From Candidatus Margulisiibacteriota bacterium (GTDB taxonomy: Bacteria > Margulisbacteria > Riflemargulisbacteria > GWF2-39-127): a stretch of DNA of 64,000 bases. The position numbers were made by a program, and so were the translations under genes. Where the stretch lies: the NCBI GenBank assembly GCA_003242895.1, contig QKMY01000058.1, positions 12,739 to 76,738 on the forward strand. Direction: 5' to 3'. The notes under the pieces are model-generated. The model was not told the origin of the DNA, did not search any database, and saw only the letters and a program-made list of their open reading frames with translations. Numbering within the stretch: position 1 is the stretch's first letter; every line of letters starts with the position of its first letter. This document shows, one piece after another, positions 46,831 through 57,720 of the stretch.

Positions 46831-48063
46831 ATGCAAGAATTAATCAACGATAATTCAATAATAGGATTAGACTTGGGCACATCTAAAATATGTGCCTCTC
46901 TCTGCACTTTTGATGAAAATGGACAAATCCATATAGCGGGAGTTGGAACTAGCATCACAGAAGGAATAAACAAAGGTTCCATTACAAATACCGACCTGTT
47001 GATTAAAGCGATTAAACGAGCTATCACTCGTGCCGAAAGAATAGCAAAAATATCGAGTAAAAGCGTAATCATAGGCTTAGCTTCTCCGACGTATAAGACA
47101 AAACAAGCATCCGGAGTTATCTCTTTACCGGACTCACGAGATCATATAACAACCGAAGATAAAATAAGCGTTATCAAAAAAGCTCGGCAATTAACCGATA
47201 TCAAAGATTATTCTGTTATCCACACAGTACCACAGAAATTCTTTATTGATGACAAGCTCTGCAATTCTGACCCTATCGGGACGTTCGGTTCGTCACTAAA
47301 AGCAGATATTTTGACAATACAATACCGAAATAATGATATAGAACTCATAAAAGCGATCTTTGACAAACTCAACCTTTCGATCCTTGCAATAGTCGCAAGT
47401 CCTCTTGCTACAAGCAAAATTGCCCTAACAACTTCTGAGTTGAACACCAGCGTCGCTTTAATTGATATCGGCGGCGGAACAACGCAGCTTGCTTATTACC
47501 AAAATAACATAATAAGGCACCTAACGATCCTTCCTATCGGCGGCGACCATATATCTTCAGATATAAAGATTATACTCAAAACATCAACTGGTGAGGCTGA
47601 CCGGTTAAAAATACTTTATTGCCATTTGAATAAAGAACACTATGATGAAAACAACACTATTGAGTACATAATGAAGGATAATGATAAAGAGCTAAAAACT
47701 AATACTAGCGAAGATTATCTCTCTCAAATAATTAAAGCAAGACTTGAAGAGATTTTCAAATTGATCTCACAGGAACTGAAGAAAGCTATTGGAAACAAAG
47801 CTCCTGAGATTATTGTCATTACGGGAGGAACATCAAATCTCCCTGGGATAGATGATTATGCAACAAATTTTTTCAAAATTCCAGTAAGAATCGGGATTCC
47901 AAAAGACAAAAAAGAAGTTATTGAGTCTCAGAATTATGCAACCAGCATCGGACTTGTAGTCTACGCTATCAAAAGTAAACTCATTGATATTAACAAGTAC
48001 AAAATTCCTTCAAGAAAAAAAGTTAGCAATTTTGTTAAAAAATGGTTTAAAGATTTTTTTTAG
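46831..48063 (+). CDS. ftsA: Cell division protein FtsA
   Basis: 410 aa; actin-like ATPase motifs (IGLDLGTSKI, DIGGGTT); immediately upstream of ftsZ. Confidence 0.9.
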   Translation: MQELINDNSIIGLDLGTSKICASLCTFDENGQIHIAGVGTSITEGINKGSITNTDLLIKAIKRAITRAERIAKISSKSVIIGLASPTYKTKQASGVISLPDSRDHITTEDKISVIKKARQLTDIKDYSVIHTVPQKFFIDDKLCNSDPIGTFGSSLKADILTIQYRNNDIELIKAIFDKLNLSILAIVASPLATSKIALTTSELNTSVALIDIGGGTTQLAYYQNNIIRHLTILPIGGDHISSDIKIILKTSTGEADRLKILYCHLNKEHYDENNTIEYIMKDNDKELKTNTSEDYLSQIIKARLEEIFKLISQELKKAIGNKAPEIIVITGGTSNLPGIDDYATNFFKIPVRIGIPKDKKEVIESQNYATSIGLVVYAIKSKLIDINKYKIPSRKKVSNFVKKWFKDFF

Positions 48064-48185
48064 CATGCTATAATTACATTCAATTTCAGTTTTAATTTTT
48101 GAAGATGTTTGAGAAATTATGTCTGATAATTTTTCTTTTCCTTATCAATATTTTTTTATAATAATTATAATTTAGGAGTTAATTT

Positions 48186-49361
48186 ATGGAAAATGGATTG
48201 AGACAGTTTGCAAATATCAAAGTAATCGGTGTTGGAGGCGGAGGAAGTAATGCGGTTAACAGAATGGTCGGATCCGGGCTATCGGGTGTTGAATTCTGGG
48301 CAGTTAATACTGACCTTCAAGCTCTCAACGTTTCACTCGCAGACCATAAACTCCAAATAGGAAGTAAATTAACCAAAGGACTCGGGGCCGGTTCGACCCC
48401 TGAAGCCGGATTAAAAGCAGCAGAAGAAAGTCTCGAAGATATTATGCTCGCCCTTGAAGGAGCTGATATGGTTTTTATAACAGCTGGCATGGGTGGCGGA
48501 ACCGGAACAGGTGCTGCGCCTATAATTGCAGATGCTGCAAAAGAAATTGGTGCACTAACAATCGCGATTGTTACTAAACCATTTCGATTCGAAGGTCCGG
48601 TGAGAATGAGACAGGCTGAAGAAGGTGCAAACATACTGAAAAATAAAGTTGATGCGCTTATCGTAATTCCTAACGACAAGCTCCTTCAGGTTGTCGAAAG
48701 AAACACAACGATTATTGATGCTTTCAAAGTAGCAGACGATGTACTTAGGCAAGGAGTTCAAGGCATTTCCGACTTAATTACCATTCCTGGTTTAATTAAT
48801 CTTGATTTTGCTGACGTAAAAACTATTATGCAAAATGCCGGATCAGCAATGATGGGAATCGGCAGAGGGGCTGGCGAACAAAGGGCAATTGAAGCCGCCG
48901 AAGCAGCGATATCTTCACCGCTCCTTGAAGAAACAATTATGGGTGCTAGCGGAGTTATTTTAAGTATATCCGGTGGAACTGATTTATCTCTCCATGAAGT
49001 CCATGATGCGGCAGACGTAATTTATAATGCGGTTGATCCAGATGCTAACATTATTTTTGGAGCTGTTATTAATGAAGACCTAGGGGACGAAATAATAATT
49101 ACAGTTATTGCAACTGGTTTCAAAGGAAGCAACAGACCTCAAAGAAATACAACATCATCTTTTTCTCAAAGGAGCGATTCAATAACTACCTCACCTGCTG
49201 CACGAAATGAACAGCCAGTCAGGCAAACCATTGCAGTTCCGAATATAGAACAGGCAATTAAAGATCATGACGTATCTCAGACGAGTAATGACAATGAGGA
49301 AGTAGATGAGCAGGATGACGATTTTAATATACCTGCATTTATCAGAAAACGCTCTATCTAA
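48186..49361 (+). CDS. ftsZ: Cell division GTPase FtsZ
   Basis: 391 aa; tubulin signature GGGTGTG and N-terminal [15 protein letters not shown]. Confidence 0.95.
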   Translation: MENGLRQFANIKVIGVGGGGSNAVNRMVGSGLSGVEFWAVNTDLQALNVSLADHKLQIGSKLTKGLGAGSTPEAGLKAAEESLEDIMLALEGADMVFITAGMGGGTGTGAAPIIADAAKEIGALTIAIVTKPFRFEGPVRMRQAEEGANILKNKVDALIVIPNDKLLQVVERNTTIIDAFKVADDVLRQGVQGISDLITIPGLINLDFADVKTIMQNAGSAMMGIGRGAGEQRAIEAAEAAISSPLLEETIMGASGVILSISGGTDLSLHEVHDAADVIYNAVDPDANIIFGAVINEDLGDEIIITVIATGFKGSNRPQRNTTSSFSQRSDSITTSPAARNEQPVRQTIAVPNIEQAIKDHDVSQTSNDNEEVDEQDDDFNIPAFIRKRSI

Positions 49362-49400
49362 CTTAATCCTCTGCGTTGACACTGCAAATACAGCAAAAAG

Positions 49401-49430
49401 TTGACTTATGTCCTTTGCGTTTCATATTAC
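49401..49430 (+). promoter_or_regulatory. Candidate sigma70-like promoter for the OmpM-like gene
   Basis: TTGACT (49401-49406), 18-nt spacer, TATTAC (49425-49430), about 20 nt upstream of the ATG at 49452. Weak -10; speculative. Confidence 0.2.
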
Positions 49431-49451
49431 AATTAATGAATAGATTTAGTA

Positions 49452-50798
49452 ATGAACAGATTATTATTTATCATACTAGCCCTTATTTGTTTAACCACCC
49501 CAGTCGGCGCTTTAACCTTTACTGATATCCCGGAAGGACATTGGGCGCGAAATGCTGTGTATGGCATCGTACGATACGGCATCACCCAAGGATACCCAGA
49601 CCTTACCTTCCAAGGCACAGCCACTATAAACAGATATGAATTGGCATCCTATTTCTGGAATTACATTCAGGCAAATGAAGCTAAGAAAAAAAATACCGAG
49701 ATAGAAAAATCTACACTGGTTGCCGACAAACTGGCAGAAGAGCTTAAAGATGAAATGTATCGAATTAGAACAGAACTTGCAGCTATCAAAAAGTTAAAAG
49801 AACCTGCCCCACCAGCTTCAACGATCAAGACAGAGTTCTCTTTCGGAACTCGTGGAAGATTCTCCAACATCTTCGAAGACAAACTCGAATCAAAGCTGTA
49901 TGAAAACAGATTTACAGCGCAAATATCAAATCAGATTAACAGCAATACCAGCTTCTTTGCTCTTTACGATTCACATTGGCTCGATATCACTTCAAAAAAC
50001 GTATTTAATACACTGGAAAATGTTGATGCCAAGATGTCCACGAGTTTTGATATCGGCATGCCAAGTCCACTTACAGTAACAATTACTTCCGGCCCAGGAT
50101 ATAATATCAATAAATATAATCACTTTGCCAACCAGCTGTCACTATCAACCTCGATAACAGGTTTCGTCATAGAAACCAATCATCAACAAAACTACAACGC
50201 ACTAAAACTTTCTTTTAAAGTTCAAGATACCATAGTTGGTACCATTGATGCCAAGCTTACCGGAGAACTCTACAACAAATCAATAAATACGTTCAAAGCG
50301 AGCGATAGCCAATCAATGAAAACAGCTCTCAACTTAAATTTTGCACCGACCAAACAACTTAAAATAGAAACTTTAGTCGGCGCTAAGCTGAAAAAAAAGT
50401 TTGGAGCTTTTACTCAGATTATTGCATCGATTGGTGATATTCTTAGAAGTGGAACCACCTATAAAATAGGAATCCTAAGAATAGCCAATAATTATTATCA
50501 CCAACAAGACACATCAACTGAAGAAATACTCTTACGCCAGCTATTTGATAATGAAGTTGTTTTCCAAAATGATAGATATGTCTACGAACTTATAGTAGAT
50601 CAGAAAATATCGAAGGATTCCCATGTTATTATAGAGTTTAATCAAAATGGCAAAGGATTCTGGCAAAAAAACGGAAAAGCGATTTTCAGATTAACACTGA
50701 TTAAAGAGCTAAACAAATCATCTTCCTGGTTTACCAATTTTTACAAGGATAATAAACACGTTAATTATCTAAGGTCAGGACTGGCTTTTTCTTTCTAA
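49452..50798 (+). CDS. SLH-domain outer-membrane porin (OmpM/Slp-like: SLH + coiled coil + beta-barrel)
   Basis: 448 aa with signal peptide. N-terminal SLH (FTDIPEGHWARNAVYGIVRYGITQGYPDLTFQG...TINRYELASYF), coiled-coil segment, beta-barrel-like remainder ending in aromatic ...GLAFSF. Confidence 0.7.
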   Translation: MNRLLFIILALICLTTPVGALTFTDIPEGHWARNAVYGIVRYGITQGYPDLTFQGTATINRYELASYFWNYIQANEAKKKNTEIEKSTLVADKLAEELKDEMYRIRTELAAIKKLKEPAPPASTIKTEFSFGTRGRFSNIFEDKLESKLYENRFTAQISNQINSNTSFFALYDSHWLDITSKNVFNTLENVDAKMSTSFDIGMPSPLTVTITSGPGYNINKYNHFANQLSLSTSITGFVIETNHQQNYNALKLSFKVQDTIVGTIDAKLTGELYNKSINTFKASDSQSMKTALNLNFAPTKQLKIETLVGAKLKKKFGAFTQIIASIGDILRSGTTYKIGILRIANNYYHQQDTSTEEILLRQLFDNEVVFQNDRYVYELIVDQKISKDSHVIIEFNQNGKGFWQKNGKAIFRLTLIKELNKSSSWFTNFYKDNKHVNYLRSGLAFSF

Positions 50799-50894
50799 AA
50801 CTTCGCACCCCCCTTTTATTTTTTATCTTACCGGTGTATACTTTTTTAGCGTATATTTATTATCTGCAAATAGCAGTACAAAGGAGTATTATTA

Positions 50895-52418
50895 ATGATT
50901 TTATTAACAATTCTTGATGGTTGGGGTATCAACAAAAACGAAGAAGGAAATGCCTGCAAACTAGCAAACACTCCCAATATTGATTCCCTCTTTGAAACCT
51001 ATCCGAATACAGTACTAACTCCATCAGGAGTTCATGCCGGATTGCCAGAAGGGCAAATGGGCAATTCTGAGGTCGGACATCTTAATCTTGGGGCCGGAAG
51101 AATCGTGAACCAGTCATTGCAGCAAATCAACTTATCCATTCAAGATGGCTCTTTTTTTAACAATACAGAGTTCATCGAAGCTATTAATAATGCCAAAACC
51201 AATAATAGTTCCTTACATCTTATGGGCTTACTCTCCGACGGAGGTGTACATACAAACAACAAACATCTCTACGCGTTGCTTGAGCTAGCAAAACAAGAGG
51301 ATTTCACAAGAGTCTATATTCACTGTTTTATGGATGGTAGAGACACGTCACCAACAAGCGGGATTGGATTCGTTACAGAATTATTGGAAGAAATCAAAAG
51401 AATCGGCGTAGGTGAGATAGCAACAATCACAGGTAGATACTATGCGATGGACAGAGACAATCGATGGGATAGAGCGGAAAAAGCCTATAACGCTTTAGTA
51501 AATGGAAAAGGAGTCTTAGCTCAAGATCCGATAGCAGTTATGCAAGTATTATACGATCAAAACATAACCGATGAGTTCATAGACCCTATTGTCCTTACTA
51601 AAGACAATAGTCCTGTCGCAACGATCAACAATCACGATTCAGTTATTTTCTTTAATTTCAGGCCGGACAGAGCAAGACAACTATCATATATTTTTCTTGA
51701 TCAATCATTCGATGGATTTAAAAGAACTCCGATTCATCAGCTTCATTATGTTTGCATGACAGAATACGACAAAAAAATTATAGCCCCTGTAGCTTTCAAA
51801 CCAATCAGATTAAATAATGTTCTGGCTGAAGTACTTGCTAACAATAACAAAAAACAACTTCACATAGCTGAAACCGAAAAATATGCTCACGTCACTTTTT
51901 TCTTTAACGGAGGTGTCGAAAAACAATATCAGGGAGAAGAGCGAATACTAATTCCATCTCCCAAAGTAGCGACATATGATCTTCAACCGGAAATGAGTGC
52001 TTATGAAGTTACCGAAAAAGTTATTGAATCGATAGACAGCCGCCAATTCGACGTAATTATTCTTAATCTGGCAAATCCTGACATGGTAGGACACACAGGA
52101 ATCATTGAAGCGGGTATAAAAGCGATGGAGACAATTGATATCTGTATCGGAAAGATTGTAGAGAAAATATTATATTATAATGAGAAAATGATCCTTACAT
52201 CCGATCACGGCAACCTCGAATACATGACCGATGAGCAAACCGGAAAGCCATTTACAGCACACACCACGAATGATGTGCCAGTCATTTTCATATCTAACGA
52301 CAAAACTGATATACGCTTACGGGATAACGTTATTCTTGCAGATATTGCACCGACTATACTTGATTTATTAAATATAGAAAAACCAATAGAAATGACCGGG
52401 ACTTCGATCATATGTTGA
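50895..52418 (+). CDS. gpmI: 2,3-bisphosphoglycerate-independent phosphoglycerate mutase
   Basis: 507 aa; ILDGWGI, GNSEVGHLNLGAGR and DGRD motifs. Confidence 0.9.
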   Translation: MILLTILDGWGINKNEEGNACKLANTPNIDSLFETYPNTVLTPSGVHAGLPEGQMGNSEVGHLNLGAGRIVNQSLQQINLSIQDGSFFNNTEFIEAINNAKTNNSSLHLMGLLSDGGVHTNNKHLYALLELAKQEDFTRVYIHCFMDGRDTSPTSGIGFVTELLEEIKRIGVGEIATITGRYYAMDRDNRWDRAEKAYNALVNGKGVLAQDPIAVMQVLYDQNITDEFIDPIVLTKDNSPVATINNHDSVIFFNFRPDRARQLSYIFLDQSFDGFKRTPIHQLHYVCMTEYDKKIIAPVAFKPIRLNNVLAEVLANNNKKQLHIAETEKYAHVTFFFNGGVEKQYQGEERILIPSPKVATYDLQPEMSAYEVTEKVIESIDSRQFDVIILNLANPDMVGHTGIIEAGIKAMETIDICIGKIVEKILYYNEKMILTSDHGNLEYMTDEQTGKPFTAHTTNDVPVIFISNDKTDIRLRDNVILADIAPTILDLLNIEKPIEMTGTSIIC

Positions 52419-52481
52419 CGCAACTGCTATTTTGCTTTAGAATTTATAATATTTTCTAATTCATAAAAGAAAGAGTTTACT

Positions 52482-52700
52482 ATGATATATTTATTATTAA
52501 CTATTGAATTCGTTTCGGCAGTGTTATTAACTTTTGCTGTTTTGCTTCATTCAGCAAAAGGAGAAGGTTTAGGAAGTATCGGGGGTACGGCACGAATTTT
52601 CGGCACACAAAAAAGTCTTGAAACTGGACTTAATAAAGTCACATTAGTTCTCGCAACACTATTCTTGACCAGTTCAGCATTAATATATTTTTTAAGCTGA
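52482..52700 (+). CDS. secG: Preprotein translocase subunit SecG
   Basis: 72 aa, two TM segments, GGxARxFG-like motif (SIGGTARIFG). Confidence 0.75.
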   Translation: MIYLLLTIEFVSAVLLTFAVLLHSAKGEGLGSIGGTARIFGTQKSLETGLNKVTLVLATLFLTSSALIYFLS

Positions 52701-52728
52701 TTCATATACAAGGCTATCCTTTATAATA

Positions 52729-53400
52729 ATGAAAACTTATCTAAAAATAGTTATTCTATTTATCGTACTTTTAGTGAACCCTGTTTATGCTTATCAATCT
52801 GACAAAGTAACGAAAGTAGTAATTTCAACAAATATCGTTGATGGCAGCGAGAATAAACCTAATCAGCAGGAACGATTGCCATCAAACAGTGAATCCGGCA
52901 CAAAAAACACTGTTTCAAAGAAAATTACGACAATTCCTATTAAAAACAGTAATAAAGCTGCTAAAATTAATGATAATAAATCAGGGCCATTGATTAAGAT
53001 GTTGGCAATAGATTTTTTTTATCATAATCAACAAAGCATTAAGCCAAGCATTCCTGGACTTAGATTCTTTCTAAGTGACTTTTCTTCTGTAGGACTATCC
53101 GTTTCATTCAAAAACATTACCAATAAAGATAACTTTTTCCTCTTTGATAGTTATTATCTTCTATCGATTATCCACAATCCAGACATCCAGATGTCTTTAG
53201 GGTTAGATTTTTCCTATTTCACAGACCCTAAAGATAACTATTCACTTTCCTTGCTTTTTGGTATCCAAAAAGAAGTTTCATCAAAAATAAAATTCGGAGT
53301 ATTGTACGAACCCTTAGCAATAAAATTTCTTAATCAGAATTACGATCCTTACGTATACGTGAACAACGATTTTACAACATACTTATCCTGGGAATTGTAA
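52729..53400 (+). CDS. Hypothetical secreted protein (possible small outer-membrane beta-barrel)
   Basis: 223 aa with signal peptide; Ser/Asn/Lys-rich linker, then alternating hydrophobic pattern. Confidence 0.4.
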   Translation: MKTYLKIVILFIVLLVNPVYAYQSDKVTKVVISTNIVDGSENKPNQQERLPSNSESGTKNTVSKKITTIPIKNSNKAAKINDNKSGPLIKMLAIDFFYHNQQSIKPSIPGLRFFLSDFSSVGLSVSFKNITNKDNFFLFDSYYLLSIIHNPDIQMSLGLDFSYFTDPKDNYSLSLLFGIQKEVSSKIKFGVLYEPLAIKFLNQNYDPYVYVNNDFTTYLSWEL

Positions 53401-53458
53401 ATTATTGCTTGCCAAAAAAGCCAATTTATTGTATCCTTTAGCTCAGTTGCAAAACTTT

Positions 53459-53545
53459 GGAGGGGTGGCCGAGTGGCTAATGGCAGCAGACTGTAAATCT
53501 GCCGCGCTTTGCGCTACGTAGGTTCGAACCCTACCCCCTCCACCA
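53459..53545 (+). tRNA. tRNA-Tyr (anticodon GUA), type II with long variable arm
   Basis: GGAGGGGTGGCCGAGTGG...GACTGTAAATC (anticodon loop)...long variable arm...GGTTCGAACCCTACCCCCTCCACCA; encoded CCA. Confidence 0.9.
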
Positions 53546-53705
53546 TATTTCCCTTAAATAACAATCATAAATATCTATTTGCAAATCGAAGTAAAAAATA
53601 CTATTATATAGTAGAAAAAGTAATGGGCACTGTTTCAATATGACATTGATTGATAAAATCAATGATTGCAACAATACCTAATCAATTAATAAGAGGTGTT
53701 ATTCT

Positions 53706-53903
53706 ATGATTACGAAAGATATGTCAATTATTGATATAGTACAAAAATATCCGGAAACCAGATTGGTTTTCGAAGATTACAACTTAGGATGTATAGGTTG
53801 TCTCGCAGCAGCGGGAGAAACAATATCTGACGGACTTATTGCACATGGTCTTGATCCTGATACAGTTATTGCCGACCTTAACAAGGCCATTCAACCTAAA
53901 TAA
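53706..53903 (+). CDS. DUF1858-like small redox (disulfide) domain protein
   Basis: 65 aa; paired Cys in NLGCIGCLAAAGETI context typical of the hybrid-cluster-protein-associated small domain. Confidence 0.45.
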   Translation: MITKDMSIIDIVQKYPETRLVFEDYNLGCIGCLAAAGETISDGLIAHGLDPDTVIADLNKAIQPK

Positions 53904-54517
53904 TGCGTGTTCGGTCTCATCAAAATCCATTTTCATTATTTAAGGAACATTCTTTATTAGAGTTAAGTAAATTATTCCCCCAGCCTGACAACACACTTGT
54001 TGTTGAAATTGGATCGGCTGGGGGATTTTTTTTGCTAAATTTTTGCAAAAAACATGCTAATTACAATATTATAGGGATTGAGATCAGAAAATTATTAGTC
54101 GAAAGTGTCCTCAATGCGATTCAAAAAGATAAACTTACGAACGCACACATACTTCATGCAAATGCCAACACATCAATACCGCAGCTGTTTAAACCAGGAC
54201 AAGTTGATAATTTCTTTATTTTTTTCCCTGATCCCTGGATTAAAAAAAGGCATCTTAAAAGAAGAGTTGTTAATGCTGCCCTCGTCCAAGATCTCTATGA
54301 TATCATCAAAATAGGCGGAGAAGTTTTCATTCAATCAGATGTACTAGAATTAGCACAAGATATACAAATGTATTTCGAAAATAGCAAATTTACCAACTTA
54401 TTCGGACCAAAAGGATGGGCACCAGAAAATCATACTGGAATAATAACCGAGAGAGAATCTTTCTGCCTTGAAGACAATAAACCGGTCCATCGTCTACGAT
54501 ACAAAAAATTACATTAG
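53903..54517 (+). CDS. trmB: tRNA (guanine-N7)-methyltransferase
   Basis: 204 aa; SAM-binding VVEIGSAGG and FPDPWIKKRHLKRR motif. Confidence 0.8.
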   Translation: MRVRSHQNPFSLFKEHSLLELSKLFPQPDNTLVVEIGSAGGFFLLNFCKKHANYNIIGIEIRKLLVESVLNAIQKDKLTNAHILHANANTSIPQLFKPGQVDNFFIFFPDPWIKKRHLKRRVVNAALVQDLYDIIKIGGEVFIQSDVLELAQDIQMYFENSKFTNLFGPKGWAPENHTGIITERESFCLEDNKPVHRLRYKKLH

Positions 54518-55330
54518 ATACTTGGCACATTCATCAGGGATTAACGAATCATTATGCGCATGTCCAAGCGTCTTCCCTGGAATATTTGCCCCATGGAAAT
54601 CGCTACCGCCTGTAACAAACAAGCCCAAATCCTTTGCGATTGAAATATAATACTCAGTTTGAGAAGGACTATGCTCAGGATAGTAGACTTCGATTCCATT
54701 TAATCCGGCATCTTTAAGAGATTTACAAAAATCCCATAATTCAGATTTATTAAAACCGTATAAATGAGGATGAGCCAACACGCTTAAGGCTCTAAATGAT
54801 TTAAGAAAAATAACTGCCTCGTGAGGATTCATTGTGACTCTGGGGAAATAGACAGCTCCTTTTGGCGATAAATATTTCTGGAATGCCTCTGCGATATTTT
54901 TGACATACCCTTTTTCGATCAGAATATTGGCAAAATGTAGTCTTCCGATCTGAGCTGGAAGATATTTTTCCATATCTAACATGGAGACCTCAATCCCGAG
55001 ACTATGAAATTTCTCTATCATTTTCTGATTGCGGTCACGACGTTTCTGCTTAAGTACTACTAGTTGTTCCTGGAATGCCGGAGATTTGTAATCCAACTTA
55101 TAACCTAAAATGTGTATTTCGTTTTCCTTGAAAAGAGAACTAAGTTCAATACCAGGGATAAAATGCAGGTTATACTCTGAGGCACAGGTAATGGCTTCAT
55201 CTAATCCATCAACAGTGTCGTGATCAGTGAGTGACATAACATCGACACCAAGTTCCTTGGCTTTATGCAGCAGCTCTTTAGGAGAATCAGTTCCATCTGA
55301 ATGATAACTATGAACATGCAAATCGATCAC
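54509..55330 (-). CDS. PHP-domain phosphoesterase (TrpH/YciV-like)
   Basis: 273 aa; MIDLHVHSYHSDGT...LTDHDT metal-binding motifs. Confidence 0.75.
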   Translation of the reverse strand: MIDLHVHSYHSDGTDSPKELLHKAKELGVDVMSLTDHDTVDGLDEAITCASEYNLHFIPGIELSSLFKENEIHILGYKLDYKSPAFQEQLVVLKQKRRDRNQKMIEKFHSLGIEVSMLDMEKYLPAQIGRLHFANILIEKGYVKNIAEAFQKYLSPKGAVYFPRVTMNPHEAVIFLKSFRALSVLAHPHLYGFNKSELWDFCKSLKDAGLNGIEVYYPEHSPSQTEYYISIAKDLGLFVTGGSDFHGANIPGKTLGHAHNDSLIPDECAKYLM

Positions 55331-55446
55331 AATTGGACTCCAATCTCACGCGGAATAACCTATATTTAATTGAAATAATTAATCTAATTAAGCTCACTCA
55401 TTATTATACCGATAATTAATAACACATACCAAAGGTGGCAATAATT

Positions 55447-55602
55447 ATGGATGGTCAATATTTAGAATATTTAATTATAGCATGCCTAGATAAATTACGA
55501 AAGAATTCCAATAAAGACGAGAAGAAAAAACTACAAATAAATCCGCATACCCGTAAATTTATAGATAAAAGAAAATCCGTAAAAACTGTTATATATGAAT
55601 AA
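55447..55602 (+). CDS. Small basic hypothetical protein (51 aa), not in ORF track
   Basis: ATG 55447 preceded by strong SD AAAGGTGG (55431-55438); stop TAA at 55600-55602; Lys-rich product MDGQYLEYLIIACLDKLRKNSNKDEKKKLQINPHTRKFIDKRKSVKTVIYE. Confidence 0.3.
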   Translation: MDGQYLEYLIIACLDKLRKNSNKDEKKKLQINPHTRKFIDKRKSVKTVIYE

Positions 55603-56182
55603 TTTTTAGAGTACAGCCAAATGTCTGAGTAAAAAGATCTGACTTTTTAAATCCGGCTACGATATCATGATCATCATAATATCCATAGATATTAAAAATT
55701 ATCTCAGGAAATATCTGCTTAACCTTGATTTTTTTAACATTCTGATTATGAGAGCGATCCAAACCATCTGCAACTCTGATAAAAGCAGCTAACTTAACAA
55801 CCAAAGATTTATCGAACTTACTTAAATACTTGATAGCTTCATGATGATCGCTAGGTAATGCCCGCCTATGGTACCTTGCTACTGCAGCAATTATAGCCTG
55901 CTCTCTCCTCGAAAAATAATTCATATTTTGATTGATAATAAGAGAATAGGAGTGTTTATGGTGCTTCTTTACATCCACTGACAAGCCGATATCATGCAAC
56001 AACGACGCCATCTCCAGATAGAAAGCATAACGTAACGGCAACCGATGGAGATTTTTTAACTGAAGAAAGATATCAACTGCTATTTTTGACACTTGAACCG
56101 CGTGCTGAGGAGAACTATTATATTTGTATAAAATCGAAAGAACTTCTCTCCTCTTTTTATTCTTTCTAAATACAAATAACAT
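55589..56182 (-). CDS. HD-domain protein
   Basis: 197 aa; LLHDIGL..H..HHKHS motif arrangement. Confidence 0.55.
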   Translation of the reverse strand: MLFVFRKNKKRREVLSILYKYNSSPQHAVQVSKIAVDIFLQLKNLHRLPLRYAFYLEMASLLHDIGLSVDVKKHHKHSYSLIINQNMNYFSRREQAIIAAVARYHRRALPSDHHEAIKYLSKFDKSLVVKLAAFIRVADGLDRSHNQNVKKIKVKQIFPEIIFNIYGYYDDHDIVAGFKKSDLFTQTFGCTLKIIHI

Positions 56183-56304
56183 TTTTTCTCCCCGTAAATT
56201 TTTTTAAAATCATCCTCCAAAGGTAACTTTACGTATTATAGTTGATTCCTTTCGGGATCTAATTCGGGGTAAAATGGACAATTCGAGGCATTATATCCCA
56301 TTAG

Positions 56305-57534
56305 CTATTTCTCGCGTGCTTTGCGCCTGACAATGCTTCCGACTGGAACTTCATGCGTTACTGAGACGAAAACCTCATTAGTATTATGTGCAACACCAAT
56401 ATTATTCCCATTGAAGTCCTTTATACTATTCGGCTTAATAATGTATTGATCATCAGCCTTCGGTAAAAGGATTTCGAGTTCGTCTTGAGCTAATATATGG
56501 TTACGAACTGCAATTTTTATCATATTTTTGTGAGGATAATACTCTTCTACCATTCCAACAAAATCGTAATTCTTTATATATCCGGAGGTTAAATAATTGT
56601 GATCCTGCGGTCCGGGAGCTCCAAAATAGAAACCGGTACTATACCCTCGATAACTCACATTTTGAAGCTCAGCAATCCACTCAGGCTTGCATACATAATT
56701 GTCAGGATCTTTCATGTATTCATCAATCGCTTTGCGATAAATCTTTGTAACAAGCGCTACATAATAAGCCGACTTCATTCTTCCCTCTATTTTGATTGAG
56801 CCGATATTTGATTCGATTATCAGAGGAAGATGCTCAATAAGACACAAATCTTTAGAGTTCATAATATACGTGCCATGCTCATCTTCTTCAATAACAAGAG
56901 GTTCTTTTCTCGTTGCTTCTTTAAGGTAATATTCCCATCTGCATGGATGTGAACACTCACCTTTGTTAGAAGGTCGGCTGGCCATATAAGAAGACAAAAT
57001 GCATCGTCCGGAGTACGCGATACACATTGCTCCGTGAGCGAATACTTCGATTTCCACATTCTTAACATTTTGAGCAATTTGAGCTATCTCGTTAATGCTC
57101 AGCTCTCTGGCAAGAACAATTCGCTTAATACCATTTTTTGCCCAAAATCTAACAGCTTCAATATTTGTTGTGTTAGCCTGTGTACTTAAATGTATATCCA
57201 TCGTTGGAGCGACCTTTTTAACAAGTGCAATAACGCCTGGATCACTGACCACTATGGCATCAATTTTTTTGTTTACAAGCCTTGGAATGGTTTCTTCTAT
57301 TAATGCGAGATCACTATTCTGCGGGAAAATATTAAGTGCTGCGTATACTTTAACTCCATGCTGATGGGCAAATGCCACACCTTCTTTAATCTGTTCAAAA
57401 TCCATTTCTGAGGCCCGAGTCCTTAAGCTAAGTCCTGGAGCTCCTACATAGACGGCATCTGCGCCGTATTGTACTGCTGTTTTTAATTTTTCTAAATTAC
57501 CAGCTGGTGCAAGTAGTTCTAACCTCGCGGACAT
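56305..57534 (-). CDS. Peptidase U32 family protein (collagenase-like)
   Basis: 409 aa; LELLAPAGNLEKLKTAVQYGADAVY N-terminus and conserved Cys/Glu region typical of U32. Confidence 0.8.
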   Translation of the reverse strand: MSARLELLAPAGNLEKLKTAVQYGADAVYVGAPGLSLRTRASEMDFEQIKEGVAFAHQHGVKVYAALNIFPQNSDLALIEETIPRLVNKKIDAIVVSDPGVIALVKKVAPTMDIHLSTQANTTNIEAVRFWAKNGIKRIVLARELSINEIAQIAQNVKNVEIEVFAHGAMCIAYSGRCILSSYMASRPSNKGECSHPCRWEYYLKEATRKEPLVIEEDEHGTYIMNSKDLCLIEHLPLIIESNIGSIKIEGRMKSAYYVALVTKIYRKAIDEYMKDPDNYVCKPEWIAELQNVSYRGYSTGFYFGAPGPQDHNYLTSGYIKNYDFVGMVEEYYPHKNMIKIAVRNHILAQDELEILLPKADDQYIIKPNSIKDFNGNNIGVAHNTNEVFVSVTHEVPVGSIVRRKAREK

Positions 57535-57720
57535 GGCTAATCTCCTATCGGTTTATGATTATTTTTTTACTTTTGTATTATACACGTTTTTTTACAAATT
57601 ACATACAGCTTCTCGGCCTAAATCGACTGCAGCTTTTAGTTTTCGCAATTCTTTTTCATAAACCAACCAAATTTTTCTGTATTTTATTCTCAGGACAGCC
57701 AGCAGTCAAAAATTGACATA

